64,000 nt of DNA from Octopus sinensis (Eukaryota): assembly GCF_006345805.1 (NCBI RefSeq), contig NC_043010.1, forward strand, positions 59,334,001 to 59,398,000. The letters are read 5' to 3'. The position numbers and the translations under genes were made by a program. Below are positions 12,921-25,469 of the stretch, piece after piece. Each line of letters opens with the position of its first letter. Within the stretch, counting starts at the first letter, position 1. Below the pieces are notes generated by a model, which worked only from the letters and a program-made list of their open reading frames with translations, ran no database searches and was not told the DNA's origin.

Positions 12921-14259
12921 AAACACAGACAACAATAAGCAATATTTTCCCTCACTCCTGAATTTTTCTTTCAATCTTTCAACATCAGATATAACCTTAG
13001 CAAAAGGAAATAATAACTAAATATCTATTGTTATTATTATTGCTGTCCTATATCAGCAGTGTATTTAAAATGTGACTTTTACATCGAAAAATCAACTACA
13101 GACTTCGAGTGTTTAATCCTTCAGTTCCTATCCAAGCTGTTTAGAAAGAGTTTTAGCTAAGAATATGAATCCATCCTTATTTGCTCAACAATATACTTAT
13201 TTTTTCTATTATCTTAATAAGTTTCCAAATTATCAATAAAAACTGAAATATGTTAAGCATATCTTCTCTTTAAAAATAATAATATATTCAAAAGAGAACA
13301 TTTTCCTACAAAATAATGTAATTATGAAAAAGTGAACTCGTTACTTCTTTTCAAATAAACACTTCTATGAAGTTCACGTAGACCCTTATTTAAGGTAGAC
13401 TTATCCAAGATGAGTAAGATATCTAGTGAAAGGAACACATAGAAAGACAAATAGATTTTATTTTTGTAAAATTTAATGAGTGAATATTTACATATTCATT
13501 ATTATCATTAATGGAATTGCCTGAAATAATGCAAGTTTTTTTTTGGTTATTTTGGAATGTTGGAATAGTAAAAGTTTTAACTATTTCACAACAAGCATTT
13601 ATGAATTGAAATTCAATAATTTTTTTATATTTAATTTCTTTTTCTAGAAAATTTGTTCTGAACATTGTTCAATTTTGGTAAAACATTATTAAATTTAAGA
13701 ATTTAATGTTTTACCAAATAATAAGGAAATAACATAAAATTAATGGTTGTGCATATTTTTATGATGATGTAGATCAGCCATCGAAAACATTAATCAACTC
13801 AAACTTTACATATCACTCCTTCATTGTTTACAATATGAAGCAGGTTAATTTGACTTCAATCAGAATTTCTCTCCCTTCTTTGCGTAGCTTTTTAAAAAAA
13901 AATAAATACAAAAATTGATTTACCAAAAAATTTCTAAGAATTTTGTCAATTTAAAAATATTCATCAAGATTATAAATCCTGCTTTCACTTTGTTTTCCCT
14001 AATTTGTAAATAAATTTCAGTTTAAATTAATCTAATTAATATAGTGATGCGGTGCTTTACATGATGTTCACTAAAGCTATCCTGCCAATTAGTCGTACAC
14101 GGCAGATGTATCAGTTTTTTTTGTTTTTGTTTGAAATCTGAAATAAATATTCAGCAGATGAGCGAAACTAACAATCTATGCCGATGGGAAAACTCATTCA
14201 AGCGTATCCATCTAAAATATCTAAAATGCATGCTTACATTTGCTCACCTACACATATTG

Positions 14260-14460
14260 ACAGAGAGGAGGCACTGGCATGAACGTAAGTGTTCACACTG
14301 ACTCACAGCTCCACTCCATCAATATACAGCCATTGTCACACACATGCACACACACGCAAACACACACGCACAGCTGCAGCTTCAATGGACCTTTCTGCTC
14401 TAACAAAATTGATGACTCTTGTTACACTGAACAATAATGGAATTAAAGATTAAGGTAAGA
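14260..14460 (+). promoter_or_regulatory. Putative promoter and non-coding first exon of unit C
   Basis: TGACTCA site, motif shared with 3801-3832, CA repeat, and donor AAG|GTAAGA at 14455. The large exon has an acceptor TTGCAG| ending 18273, 54 nt before the ATG, so an upstream exon is implied. Confidence 0.6.
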
Positions 14461-15817
14461 TTAAAAATTTTTTTGTTTGTTTGTTGTTTCTTTGTTATTT
14501 CTTTGTTGTTGTTTTAACCTATTCTATTGAAATAGATCTCTCTATATAATGAAAGCTGAAAGGGAAACCGTGATCAGTAGACATATTTTTCTTCTTCAGA
14601 CTTTGTTAACTGGTTGGTAGTAGTGAGACCTTAAAATGTTGTTTGAGATTTAACATTGACAATTTCCACAACCACCCAAACTAATCCTTCTTAGAGATGA
14701 AAAACAAATAATGCTATTGAATTTCTACAGATATTTATTATATCTACTAAATTATGTCAGTTTGGTATAAAAATTAGTTCATTCACATGAAATATGGTAT
14801 AGAATTAATGGGAGAATAATGTATAATTGGAATTGATAAATGCTGAAACTGTATGCTAAAGAAGGACAAATGGGGCTGGAGCTTTGAGTTTCTAAGGAGA
14901 GTTGACAGCAGTCACAAGAGAAATCTATCAGCATATTATAAGTGTTTGTTAAATCTAGTAAAGAATGACAGAATCTGAAGCAATCATCATCATTATATGA
15001 TCAATTTAAAAAGAATTTCCTTGATTTGGCAAACAACATTTAATATAATTCTGAACATTTAATGTGTGCCTCACTGTTACTAAAACAAAACACAAAAACA
15101 GTTTAATAATCATGATATATAAATTAACCAGATTATTGGGTATTTATTTAGTGAAATTAAAAATGAATATAAAATTAGTACTACCTCATGATAATTTTTC
15201 TGTCCCAATTTAATTAGGTATATTAGTGTGGATATCTATTCAAATTACAGCTGGTTTTTCTAGTAATATTTTCAGTATAGAATTATGATACTTATTGTTT
15301 TCACTACAATCTACCGACTTAGATATTTCTTACTATCTCACCTTCAATCTTTCTTAAAACTCAGTCAATTTTGATGAATTTCTTTGATTATTATTTTCTT
15401 TTCCTGTCATTTTTATTTTAAATAAATGATACATTGTTACTTGATCTGTTAAACATAACAACCAAATCTTCCTCAAACCATATCCTCCCATCTTAAAAAT
15501 AAGAACAAGAAAATGTCATCCTTAGTCTGCTAAAGAGCACCATTTTCTTTTTTTTCAAGTTTGGGATTTGACCCATCTACCATGACTGCAGAGAAAATAT
15601 TTGTGGTCAAGAAAAGAAATTATTATTATTATTATTATTATTAGTGTTAGTATTTTTATTAAGGTGATGAGCTGGCAGAATTGTTAGTACACCATGGAAA
15701 ATAATGCTTAGCAGCATTTCATCCATCTTTCATTCTTCCTGAGTTGATAAGTACCAGTAGAGCACTGGGGTTGATATGCCAAAATTTGAAACCATTATCA
15801 TCATCATCATCATCATC

Positions 15818-15858
<41 letters not shown>

Positions 15859-16235
15859 GATAAAGTAACTTGAAACATTTCACATGTGCAGTCTGCACAA
15901 TATCTGCAACATAAAATGGCAAGATAAGTTATCAAATGTCAAAATTTTAGAAATATATGATATCTCCAGTATCAAAAGCATGTTGCTGAGAATTCAATGC
16001 AGATGAGCAGAACCTGTTGTTTGAATGCAAGATACCAAAAATTCTTTTGTATGGCCATCAAGTAGAGGGATTTCATACTAAGGGAAGAGCCATCCTTAGG
16101 TTTCAAACAACCTCTAAAATTCCTACAGCTTAATATAACATCCTGGGAAAGTTATAGCCTAGATTGATCTGTGTGATTGTCATGGGTGCATAGAAACAAT
16201 TTAAGAAACTGAACAATAAAAGAATTATATCCTTC

Positions 16236-16527
16236 CAGTGGTGGACTGGCCAGGTTGCCAGCTTGCCCAATGGTAAGTGGGCCTCTGCGCCATTAGAATC
16301 TATATATGGAGGCCCATGTTAGTATCTAAGGGGCCCATCCCCTCAAGTTTGAGAATTTTTTATTCACTCCTGGAAGAATGCATTATTTCAGCCTGGCTGT
16401 GTTTGTAGACAGTTGAAAAGAATACTTTTAACAAAAAAAAATAATAAATAAATGATAGCATTATGGTTGCAGGTGGGACCCCCTTAGTCTCTTGGTAACC
16501 AATATTTTTAGAACCAGTTCGCCACTG
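16236..16527. mobile_element. hAT-type MITE (292 bp)
   Basis: TIRs CAGTGGTGGACTGG and CCAGTTCGCCACTG. Perfect 8-bp TSD TATCCTTC at 16228-16235 and 16528-16535. Confidence 0.9.
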
Positions 16528-17195
16528 TATCCTTCAGTTAACAGACGTATTTGTCCAATCCCAGGCAAAATCAAAATCACTGTTGTCCCCATAGTGACTT
16601 CAAAGCTCAATCCCTACCTGGACTCAAATTACCTTCACACATCCATCACAAATAAATGCAGCTTCTTATATATTTTAATTCATTCATTTCTTTTTTTTTT
16701 TTATGTGTGTGTGTGTGTGTTTTCTAATCCTTTCCTTCAAACACTCATATGGTGAAATTGTTACAATCCTATTTACCCAGGTATCATACAATGGATCTCG
16801 TTAGTGAACTCAGTCCCTCAGTACATTACTGGGCCCATGGCCAAATATTTCAATGCATTTATTGTGACATACAATTATGTCAACTCTCTCTGAACCTCTC
16901 ACTGATATTTTGTTTTACAGATGTTATACATTGGCAGAGGAAAGACAAGTGCTTAGTAAATATTCAGAGAACCCCAGTCTCAGAACTGAGATTACAAAGC
17001 TAAATAATACATTTAGTCTGGTGTTTATGCTTTATTGTGTTAGTTATCCTCACTACTCTGATCGTTCTGAATACTGCTATCTTACAATTAATTGGCTCAT
17101 TGTGACCAACTTGAAGTCAGGAGTCTGTCATTGTAATGACTACGCTTCTTGATTTGTACTTCTTAACCAAGGAAAAGTTTGAAATACTGAATTAA

Positions 17196-17474
17196 CCCTT
17201 TCGTTACCATATTTGTCCAACCCATGCTAGCATGGAAAGCGGACATTAAACGATGATGATGATGATGATTTCTGTTGAGATGCTCTGTGTTTCTTTCAAT
17301 TAATTTTAAATATAACAAAGAATTTAGTAAAATAACTTGGTTATCATTAAGCTAGTGTTAGGAACATAAATTGTGACTGAGGTTTGGTGGAAGATTTTAA
17401 TTCAAAATTTTTGAAAACAAGACACTTGTACTACAAAGCCAGAACCGGTTTCAGCCGTGTTGGTAATGAAAGGG
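17196..17474. mobile_element. piggyBac-type MITE with a nested SINE family 2 fragment
   Basis: TTAA on both sides. TIRs CCCTTTCGTTACCA and TGGTAATGAAAGGG match at 13/14. SINE tail at ~17216-17268. Confidence 0.85.
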
Positions 17475-18327
17475 TTAATCACAGAATGAGTATGTAAAGG
17501 GATGTAACTAAATACCACAAAGTGTGTGTGTGTGTCCTGCACACTTATAATGTTGCCTTAGACTACCTACTCTTAACCCTTCATAATAATGATTTCTTAT
17601 ATTTGCACAAGACCTCAGATTTGTGGAATAGGTACAGCTGATTGATTTTGTTATCCATGGAAAGATGAAAGACATAGTTGACTTTGAAAGGATTTAAAAT
17701 CAAGGCATAAAAGGGATTATAATTAAATAGACTCTTTATCAACTCTAACAATCCTCTGCTCTCCTTTGATAATGATGCAAAAGCATGTTTTATATTTTAT
17801 GTCTGAGAGGAAGATTCAGTCTCCAAAATATTTTTCTGTTTTCCCTTGATTTGACACTTTTTTTTATCAGTGTATCATTGTTGTTTTGCTTTAAGCTGCT
17901 CTACTGGTTAATAATAGAAGAAACTATGATTGAGGCATTTATTACATAAAGACGAGATCACAGTCAAGCCTTTTTAGACTGATAGCCAACACTATATATT
18001 TACTTAAGCATTACAACTTATTGCTTAATTCCTAATGAATGTAAACATTGTATATTTAGTGTGAAAATTAGGGGACACACACACACACACACAGAGTTTC
18101 CAATTTACAACATATTTCTCTATTAATGTTTTATCAGAAACTAAAGAATTGTGTAAATCTTAAGAAGGTGATTCCTCATTTATTCTGATGTAATACCATC
18201 ATAAATAAGAAATCACCTCCTTTCTAACACTTTGAAGTTAATGTTTTGACAGATGTTCTTTCTATTGTTGCAGGTTAGATTCTAAGAACTCGGACGATCG
18301 TAAAGTGTTTCAAAACCAAAGAGAATT

Positions 18328-20700
18328 ATGTGGTTCCCACTCTGGATCATCTTCTCACTGTTTCATACGTGTCTTAGTGTAGACCTCACTTATCATATAG
18401 AAGAAGAGAGAAGTCCAGGAACATACGTAGCAGACATTGCTGCCGATTCGAAACTGTTGGACAATGTCAAATCCACTGAACAGCAAATGGTGACATTCAG
18501 TCAACTCAAAAGAAAAGTGACACAATATTTCAATGTGACCAAAACAGGGAAACTTTACACTTCTCAGAAACTTGATGCCGAATCACTTTGTACATACAAC
18601 AAAGAATGTTCTCGGATTATTAAAATTGTTGTTCGGAAAACAAAGTCATTTACAAAAATATTGAAAATCAAAATAGTAATAGAGGATATCAATGACCACG
18701 AACCAGAGTTTCCAGAAAAAAAAATCACACTACATTTTGGGGAAGGTGATGGGAGAGGAATGAAAAAGTCAATTCCAAATGCCATAGACAAAGATGTGAG
18801 TTATCAAAATTCTTTTATTGAATACAAAGTTAAAAAATCTGATGACTCATTTTCCCTGACAGTTTCCAAAAGAGCTGATGGTATTTCCTCGTTAAAGATT
18901 GTTTTAAAACAGAAATTAGACAGAGAGTTAAAAGAGAAATACAATTTAGAAGTAATTGCTAAAGATGGAGGTTCTCCATCTAAACAAAGTGTATTAAATG
19001 TTGAGATTGTTGTCGAAGATGAGAATGATAATCCACCTGTATTTTCAAAACCACTTTATAATATTTCCATTAGAACCACACACGACAAGACAAAACCTAT
19101 TCTTACTTTGTCAGTGACAGACAAAGATGCGGGTTCCAATAGTAAAATTACTTTCCATTTCAGCCCCAAAACTTCCAGCCAAGCAAAGGGATATTTTGAT
19201 TTAAATGAAAACAGTGGAGAAATATTTTCAACTAAGTATTCTAAATTAGATGAAAAAACAACATATGAACTGTTCATAGAGGCCAGAGATGGGGGTAGTC
19301 CTCCCCTCAGTTCCATAGCAACTGTTTTGGTAAATGTCATCAACCAACACAACAATCCTCCATCTATTGATATTGATTATGTTTCTGCAATCAATGACAA
19401 CACAGCTACCATTTCTGAAGACATCAAAGTTGGTAGTTTCATTGCTTATGTGATGGTCACTGACAATGATGTGGGACAAAATGGAGAGGTCAGCTGTGAT
19501 ATCAAACATGATACATTCAAACTACAGTCAATGGGATCCAAGGAATATAAAATCATTCTAAACAAACCAGTGGACAGAGAAATACAAGGACACTATAACA
19601 TTCCTGTCTCCTGTCAAGATAAAGGATTACCTCCTCTTAAAAGTGTTAAAAGCCTCTCTATCCAAGTGACTGACATCAACGATGTACAACCACAGTTTAC
19701 CAAAGATACATTCCAATTCCTCACCTACGAAAACAAAGATAAAGACTTCCCTATTGGTTTTGTCAATGCCACTGACCCTGATCTTGGATCTGCTGGACAA
19801 CTCACATATTCTCTGCTGCGTAAAGAAAAATCCAATCTCCCATTTCTCATCACCAGTTATGGCTTCATTTCAGCGACCATGTCATTGGACAGAGAGAAAC
19901 AAGATGTGTATAAGTTTGAGGTTTTTGTCAAAGACAATGGAAGCCCATCTCTGAATGACACAGCGAATGTTGTTGTTGAGATTCTAGATCAAAATGACAA
20001 TGCTCCGTATTTTACATATCCTAGTAGTGACCCTTACACGCTAAATGTGCAGTACCATCCGCAGAGTAAGAGTGACATCACAGTTTTGAGAGCCTCTGAT
20101 GGGGACAGTGGAAACAATGCTTTCCTCAGATATGCAATCATACAAGGAAATGATAAACAGTTGTTTAGTATGAACTCACACAGTGGTGCTTTATCCTTCT
20201 CCAGACAAGTTTATCTAAATGATGCTGGAAGTTATGAGCTGGTGTTTGTTGTGAAGGACAGTGGTAGTCCAGTTCAGTCGTCAACAACTAGTGTCACTTT
20301 GGTATTGGCTGTTAGTAACGAGACATCACCAATGTCGAAGAGTGGACCTTTACAATCTTCAGGTCGGGTCCATATGACATGGGTTATTATCATTGTATCA
20401 TCAGCAGTAATAATATCAGTGGCTATTGTTGTTTCTATAACGCTATGTATTATGAAATGTATTAAACACAGAGATAACACAGCTGCTGCCACAAAGAATA
20501 CAGCCTACCAAGGTAGAGCAGAGATGAAACAATTGTTGTACCAGACTAACACTTCTGTTGCTATGTCGAGGAATGCAGAAGAGATGGTGAAGCGGAATAT
20601 CTATTCTGAGAGATCCAAGAGTGAATGTTATGCAGAAGGTCAGCTACAGAACAAATATGAATCTTCAGTTCAGTCGAGAACTTTACCAAAACCTACCCAA
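18328..20700 (+). CDS. Pcdh: Protocadherin unit C large exon: signal peptide, six cadherin repeats, TM, proximal tail (791 codons)
   Basis: Hydrophobic N-terminus, EC1 C-x5-C, linkers DINDHEP, DENDNPP, NQHNNPP, DINDVQP and DQNDNAP, LDRE motifs, and a TM segment. Phase-0 donor CAA|GTAAGT at 20701. Confidence 0.97.
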
Positions 20701-20855
20701 GTAAGTCTTAAGATATTTTACATCTGTGTCTTAAGTTTGAAGTAAAAAATTAGTTTGTGTAATTGTTTATATTATTAATTTCATTTTTTTTATAAATCTT
20801 AATCTTAAGAGTAAATATCCAATGTTTTTCAATTTCTTTTATTTTCATTATACAG

Positions 20856-21018
20856 AAGTACAGTCAGCCAGTTGTGGTGACTTCGAATGATGATGCTGTT
20901 GAAGTAAGTAGTCTGACATCAACATATCAGACAGGAACACTGTCTTCCCAGCGAAATAACGAACATGGACCCAGTGTAGGAAATCTGAAACATTATGAAG
21001 AAATACCAGAGATGTCAG
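20856..21018 (+). CDS. Pcdh: Protocadherin unit C cytoplasmic exon 2 (KYSQPVVVTSNDDAVE...KHYEEIPEMS)
   Basis: TACAG acceptor ending 20855, open frame, phase-1 donor G|GTGACT at 21019. Homologous to 1167-1311. Confidence 0.88.
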
Positions 21019-21811
21019 GTGACTAGTAACATCAAAATCAAAATAGTTCTGATCATTTATCTAATTAAATGTATAATTTGGAACAGCATCTTAATTTTAG
21101 ATTTACCATTAGTGTTAGAATCTTTTTTTACATTGCTGTTAATGTTTTATAGTATTCATAGTATTTATGTAAAAAGCACCCACTACACTCTCAGAGTGGT
21201 TGGCATTATGAAGGGCATCCAGCTGTAGAAACTCTGCCAGATCAAGATTGGAGCCTGGTGCAGCCATCTGGTTTGCCAGCCCTCAGACAAAATCGTCCAA
21301 CCCATGCTAGCATGGAAAGCGGACATTAAACGATGATGATGATTCAAATATTAACTATTTTATTGAATTTTATAATCTATATTTTAAAAGGATGTCAAAT
21401 TAGCTGAGAAGAGAATGTTTTCTACCATAGACTATAGCTCCTCTATTAATATATGAAGATAATAATGTGAGGAGTTTTAAGTATCTGCATCAATACAATG
21501 CCAACCGCTGACCAAAATCTTAATTTTTGATATCCTCACACTGGTATTGAACCCTACCCTCTGGGAAAGAAGCTTAACTCTCAACTGCCATTTGAAGAGA
21601 TAGTTCTAGAGTGTTGCTTGTTGTATAATGCTCAAAATCTACCATAGTTCAAAGAAAGGTAATGGAGAAACAGCTCCAGTAGAACAGGACACATTCCATG
21701 ATCTCCTGACAAAACAATGCTCTACTGGATATTATTTAAAATAACTGATTAAAAAGGATTAAGCTTTGGCCAACTTAATAATTTTAGAATATTTATCATT
21801 AAGAAAATATT

Positions 21812-22040
21812 TATTTCTTTATTGACCACAGGGGGCTAAACATAGAGGGGACAAACAAGGACAGACAAAGGGATTAAGTCGATTACATTGACCCCAGTGC
21901 GTAACTGGTACTTATTCAATCGCCCCAGAAAGAATGAAAGGCTAAGTTGACCTCGGCAGAATTTTAACTCAGAACATAACAGCAGACAAAATTCCACTCA
22001 GCATTTCACCCAGCGTGCTAACGATTCTGCCAGCTCGCCA
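21812..22040 (-). mobile_element. tRNA-derived SINE, family 3
   Basis: Copies at 27165-27378 (-), 61835-62060 (+) and a partial copy at 15660-15800. Head reads GGCAGAATCGTTAGCACG...GTTCTGAGTT. Confidence 0.75.
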
Positions 22041-22232
22041 ATGTGCTGATAATTAACATTTTAAATTTTATATTAATATTTTGTATTTAGTGTACTGAAT
22101 TTATATTTATAAGTTAGGGGATCAATATTTTTAATGGATTCATTTTCTTTCTTATAACTTCTCTTACAATTTGTGCTATTAAAACAATTCTGTTTATTGG
22201 TTCCTATTGAATATTTCTCATTTCCATTTCAG

Positions 22233-22312
22233 GAAACAATATCTACAAAAACAATGAAGATTGTACATTGAAAAAAGATGAAAACCAGGAAACCTATCTA
22301 AAACACACATAA
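22233..22312 (+). CDS. Pcdh: Protocadherin unit C terminal exon (GNNIYKNNEDCTLKKDENQETYLKHT*); full protein 871 aa
   Basis: TTTCAG acceptor ending 22232, phase 1, TAA at 22310-22312. Homologous to 2684-2763. Confidence 0.87.
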
Positions 22313-22779
22313 TACATAATATTTTATCTTCTATCTGTCTTAGGGAGGCAAACATTATTTCTAACATTCTTAAACTGACATCGTGAAGTTTTATCTTTTT
22401 AATTATCTTCTCAAATAGCTTTCATTAGACATTCTGAAACAAGACTACTAGATTTTTTAAGATAGGCAATTTTAGTGTACTTAAATATGTGTGTGTGTGT
22501 GTGTGTGTGTGTATGCGTAGCTATATGTGTGTACATATAAATCAATCCGAGGAAAAAACACTTTCCTTCAATGGGATGGAAAACATCCAATTTTCACTGG
22601 TTCTTCAGTTAAATACCACAAGATAGTAGCGAAAAAATCTGAACTTAAAATGGTATAATTTCAATATATAAATATTAAAGGAAATAGAGAAATACAATTG
22701 ACATAATAAAAATTTATTAACATTATTATATAATATAATTATAATATAAAAGGATATAATATAATATAAATAATTAAAA

Positions 22780-22876
22780 CAAATATCAATCCTACAATTT
22801 GTTTCAATTCATATCCACTCGTGAATTTATAAAAATTCACTTTTAAGCATATGCGTTTCATCAGGGTTAATATTTG
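22780..22876 (-). ncRNA. Type I hammerhead-ribozyme-like motif (Penelope-type remnant)
   Basis: Minus strand reads CAAATATTAACC-CTGATGA-[long stem II]-GAAAC-AAATT-GTA-GGATTGATATTTG. Helix I has 12 bp with one bulge. Confidence 0.6.
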
Positions 22877-23119
22877 TCTAAAAAAAGACAAAAATTTCAT
22901 GCAAGGACTGCTGAATCATAAAATAGACTTAATACATTACTTGTATTTATTTTATACACTTCAGGAAAATGAAAGACAAAATCCAGCCTAGGATTTGAAC
23001 TTAGAACATGAAAAGACCAAAATAAATGCCAAAAGTCATTTAGTTCAGTTCTCAACTGTTTATGTTGGTCCAATGTTAGAAATGATATTAATAAGTAAAC
23101 AGATCCAGCCACTCCATCC

Positions 23120-23226
23120 AGTATATATATATAAGTACATACATACATACATATGTGTGTGTGTGTGTGCATGTTTATGTGTGTGAGTGTGTGTATTTAT
23201 ATGTATGTATATGTATATATGTGTAG

Positions 23227-23286
<60 letters not shown>

Positions 23287-23452
23287 TTATATGTATGTGT
23301 GTGTGTGTATTTATATGTATGTGTGTGTGTGTATTTATATGTATGTGTGTGTGTGTATTTATATGTATGTGTGTGTGTGTATTTATATGTATGTGTGTGT
23401 GTGTATTTATATGTATGTATGTGTGTGTATATATATATGTATATATACACAC
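23120..23452. repeat. TA/TG microsatellite complex with a 24-bp higher-order unit
   Basis: ATGTATGTGTGTGTGTGTATTTAT is repeated about 6-7 times at ~23267-23415. Confidence 0.9.
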
Positions 23453-23999
23453 AGGTGGGTAGGTAGATAGGCTCACACACATGCATATATATACTCTGTC
23501 TTGTAATATAGAATTAAAAATACTTTCACGTAATGTATTATTATCATATACTGTTAATTCAAAGTCACTAATTTATGAAACTGGTACCATTTTGAATTGA
23601 TATCTCCATGGTGTGTTTCACTTTTGGCAAGCAAAACTGTAGACTGTATCATTTTGATGCCTCTTGAAATATTTAAAGTTAGACTTATTTTTAAAGCAAA
23701 TTTCTTTGTTGTGTGATTAATTCTCGATCACTGACAAATTTTATTGCTATTATTTAGTTAAAGTTATGAAACACATGAGAGTTACATTTTGATAACAAAT
23801 ATTTAATTTTACATCAACCATAGGATATAAGAGCCCTTTGATGATATTTTATTTCCTTCAAAATTTGCTTTCCTCTCTAAACAAAGTCAGTTTAAAATTC
23901 CATTATTTTACATTTAGATTCTCTGTACTTCACTTTGTCTTCTACAAGCTACTTAGCATTTATACAGATAGAGGGAAAAAAAGCAAGAGCATAGAATTC

Positions 24000-24203
24000 A
24001 AGTAGTAACTCTCTCTCTCTCACACACATACACACACATTCAACCAAATGAAATGTTGTAGCAGGCTCCTCTCTGGTTGATCATCGTAAAGCTGTTGTTA
24101 GAGCAGTAAAGACCCAGCAGCAACAGCAGTAGTAGTAGCAATTGTTACAATGAACTGGTTGACCTCAAGTGGCAGGGTCAATCATAAAACAAAACAGGTA
24201 AGT
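24000..24203 (+). promoter_or_regulatory. Putative promoter and non-coding first exon of unit D
   Basis: CT/CA repeat, CAG/TAG-rich leader, and consensus donor CAG|GTAAGT at 24198. Matching acceptor TTGCAG| ends at 28306, giving an intron of similar size to unit C. Confidence 0.55.
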
Positions 24204-25469
24204 TTAGTTACATCTTTCAAGTTTTCATATTTTGCTGATAAAACATTTTCGTTGTTTGGACAAAGAAATATATAAATTGTTCTATGTTTACATAATCGGC
24301 AAATGTCCAGTATCTGTTGTGCAATAATCATTGCACAAAGTGAGAATCTTTAATTCATCATCGTCATCATTGTCGTCATTTAAAGTCCGCTTTCCATGCT
24401 GGCATGGGTTGGATGGTTTAACTGAGGACTGGTGAGCCAGAAGGCTACACCAGGTTCCAATCTGATCTGACAATTTCTACAGCTGGATGCCTTTCTTAAT
24501 GCCAACCACTGAGTGTAGTGGGTGCTTTGACATGCCACCGGCACAAGAGCCAGTCAGGCGGTTCTGGCAACAACCACGCTCAAAAGGTATTTTTTTTACA
24601 TGTTACCTGCATGGGAGCCAGTCAGGCGGCACTGGCAATGACCATGCTCGAATGCTGTTTTTCATGTGCCAGTAAGGCAACGACGACGCTCGAATGGTGC
24701 TTTTTATGTGCCGCCAGCACAGGAGCCAATCTGTGGCCCTGACAATGATCACACTTCAATGTGCTTTTAACGTTCCACTGGCACGAGTACCAATTGGGCA
24801 GTACTGCCATCAGCCACGTCAGCGATTTTGATTTCACTTGCCTCAATAGGTTGAATTATTAAATTAATTTTCTATTGTATTTTGTCTCACACATAATCAT
24901 CCTTTCTACATTTTGCTGTTGATTTTTTGTATTTATATATATTTTTACTAAAGTATGCTTAGTATGTTTATGTAAGCAAAATATGATGCTTATGACACTA
25001 TTTTAGGTTTAGAAACATGTCACTCGGTTTGAATATTATGTAATTTGTTAATTATTGTTTGTGATTTATAGAATAAACTATTTAATATAAAATATCAAGA
25101 GATATTTTGAATATTAGCTAAGTGGCATAGGCTGGGGCATAAACATTTTGAGTAGAGTCTGGAAAGTTCCAGTGACATCTTGTGATGAATGAATTGGAAT
25201 TTTTAGCTCTCAGACATTGAATGTAAATGGCAGAATCCTGTGGCATGCACTTGACTGAACTTAGACTGAAGAATTTTCTAGAGTCCTTGATGTAAGGTTA
25301 ATGACAATGGAGATATCAGATATTGGCTTTATTTTTGTAAACCTAAAAAGAATTCTGTAATCATATTATTCATATCAAGGATCATGGAAAAAAATTGTTA
25401 TCCAATTTTTAAATATGGCAAAATATTGGATTTCTTACTTGCAAAATAACAATATAAGATCTATGAATA

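Noticed and set aside
20904-20909. Strong internal donor GAA|GTAAGT in exon 2 of unit C
   Set aside because: Use would frameshift the terminal exon and remove YEEI, and it is absent from the paralogues. It cannot be supported without RNA data.
20856-22312. Vertebrate-style shared constant exons
   Set aside because: Every unit carries its own diverged copies of the two tail exons.
23267-23415. Regular 24-bp array resembling a CRISPR
   Set aside because: It has no spacers, is low complexity, and sits in a eukaryotic context.
23060-23486. Many overlapping ORFs rich in Y/I/C/V/H/T, also at 54461-54922 and 56433-57260
   Set aside because: They are translations of TA/TG microsatellites.
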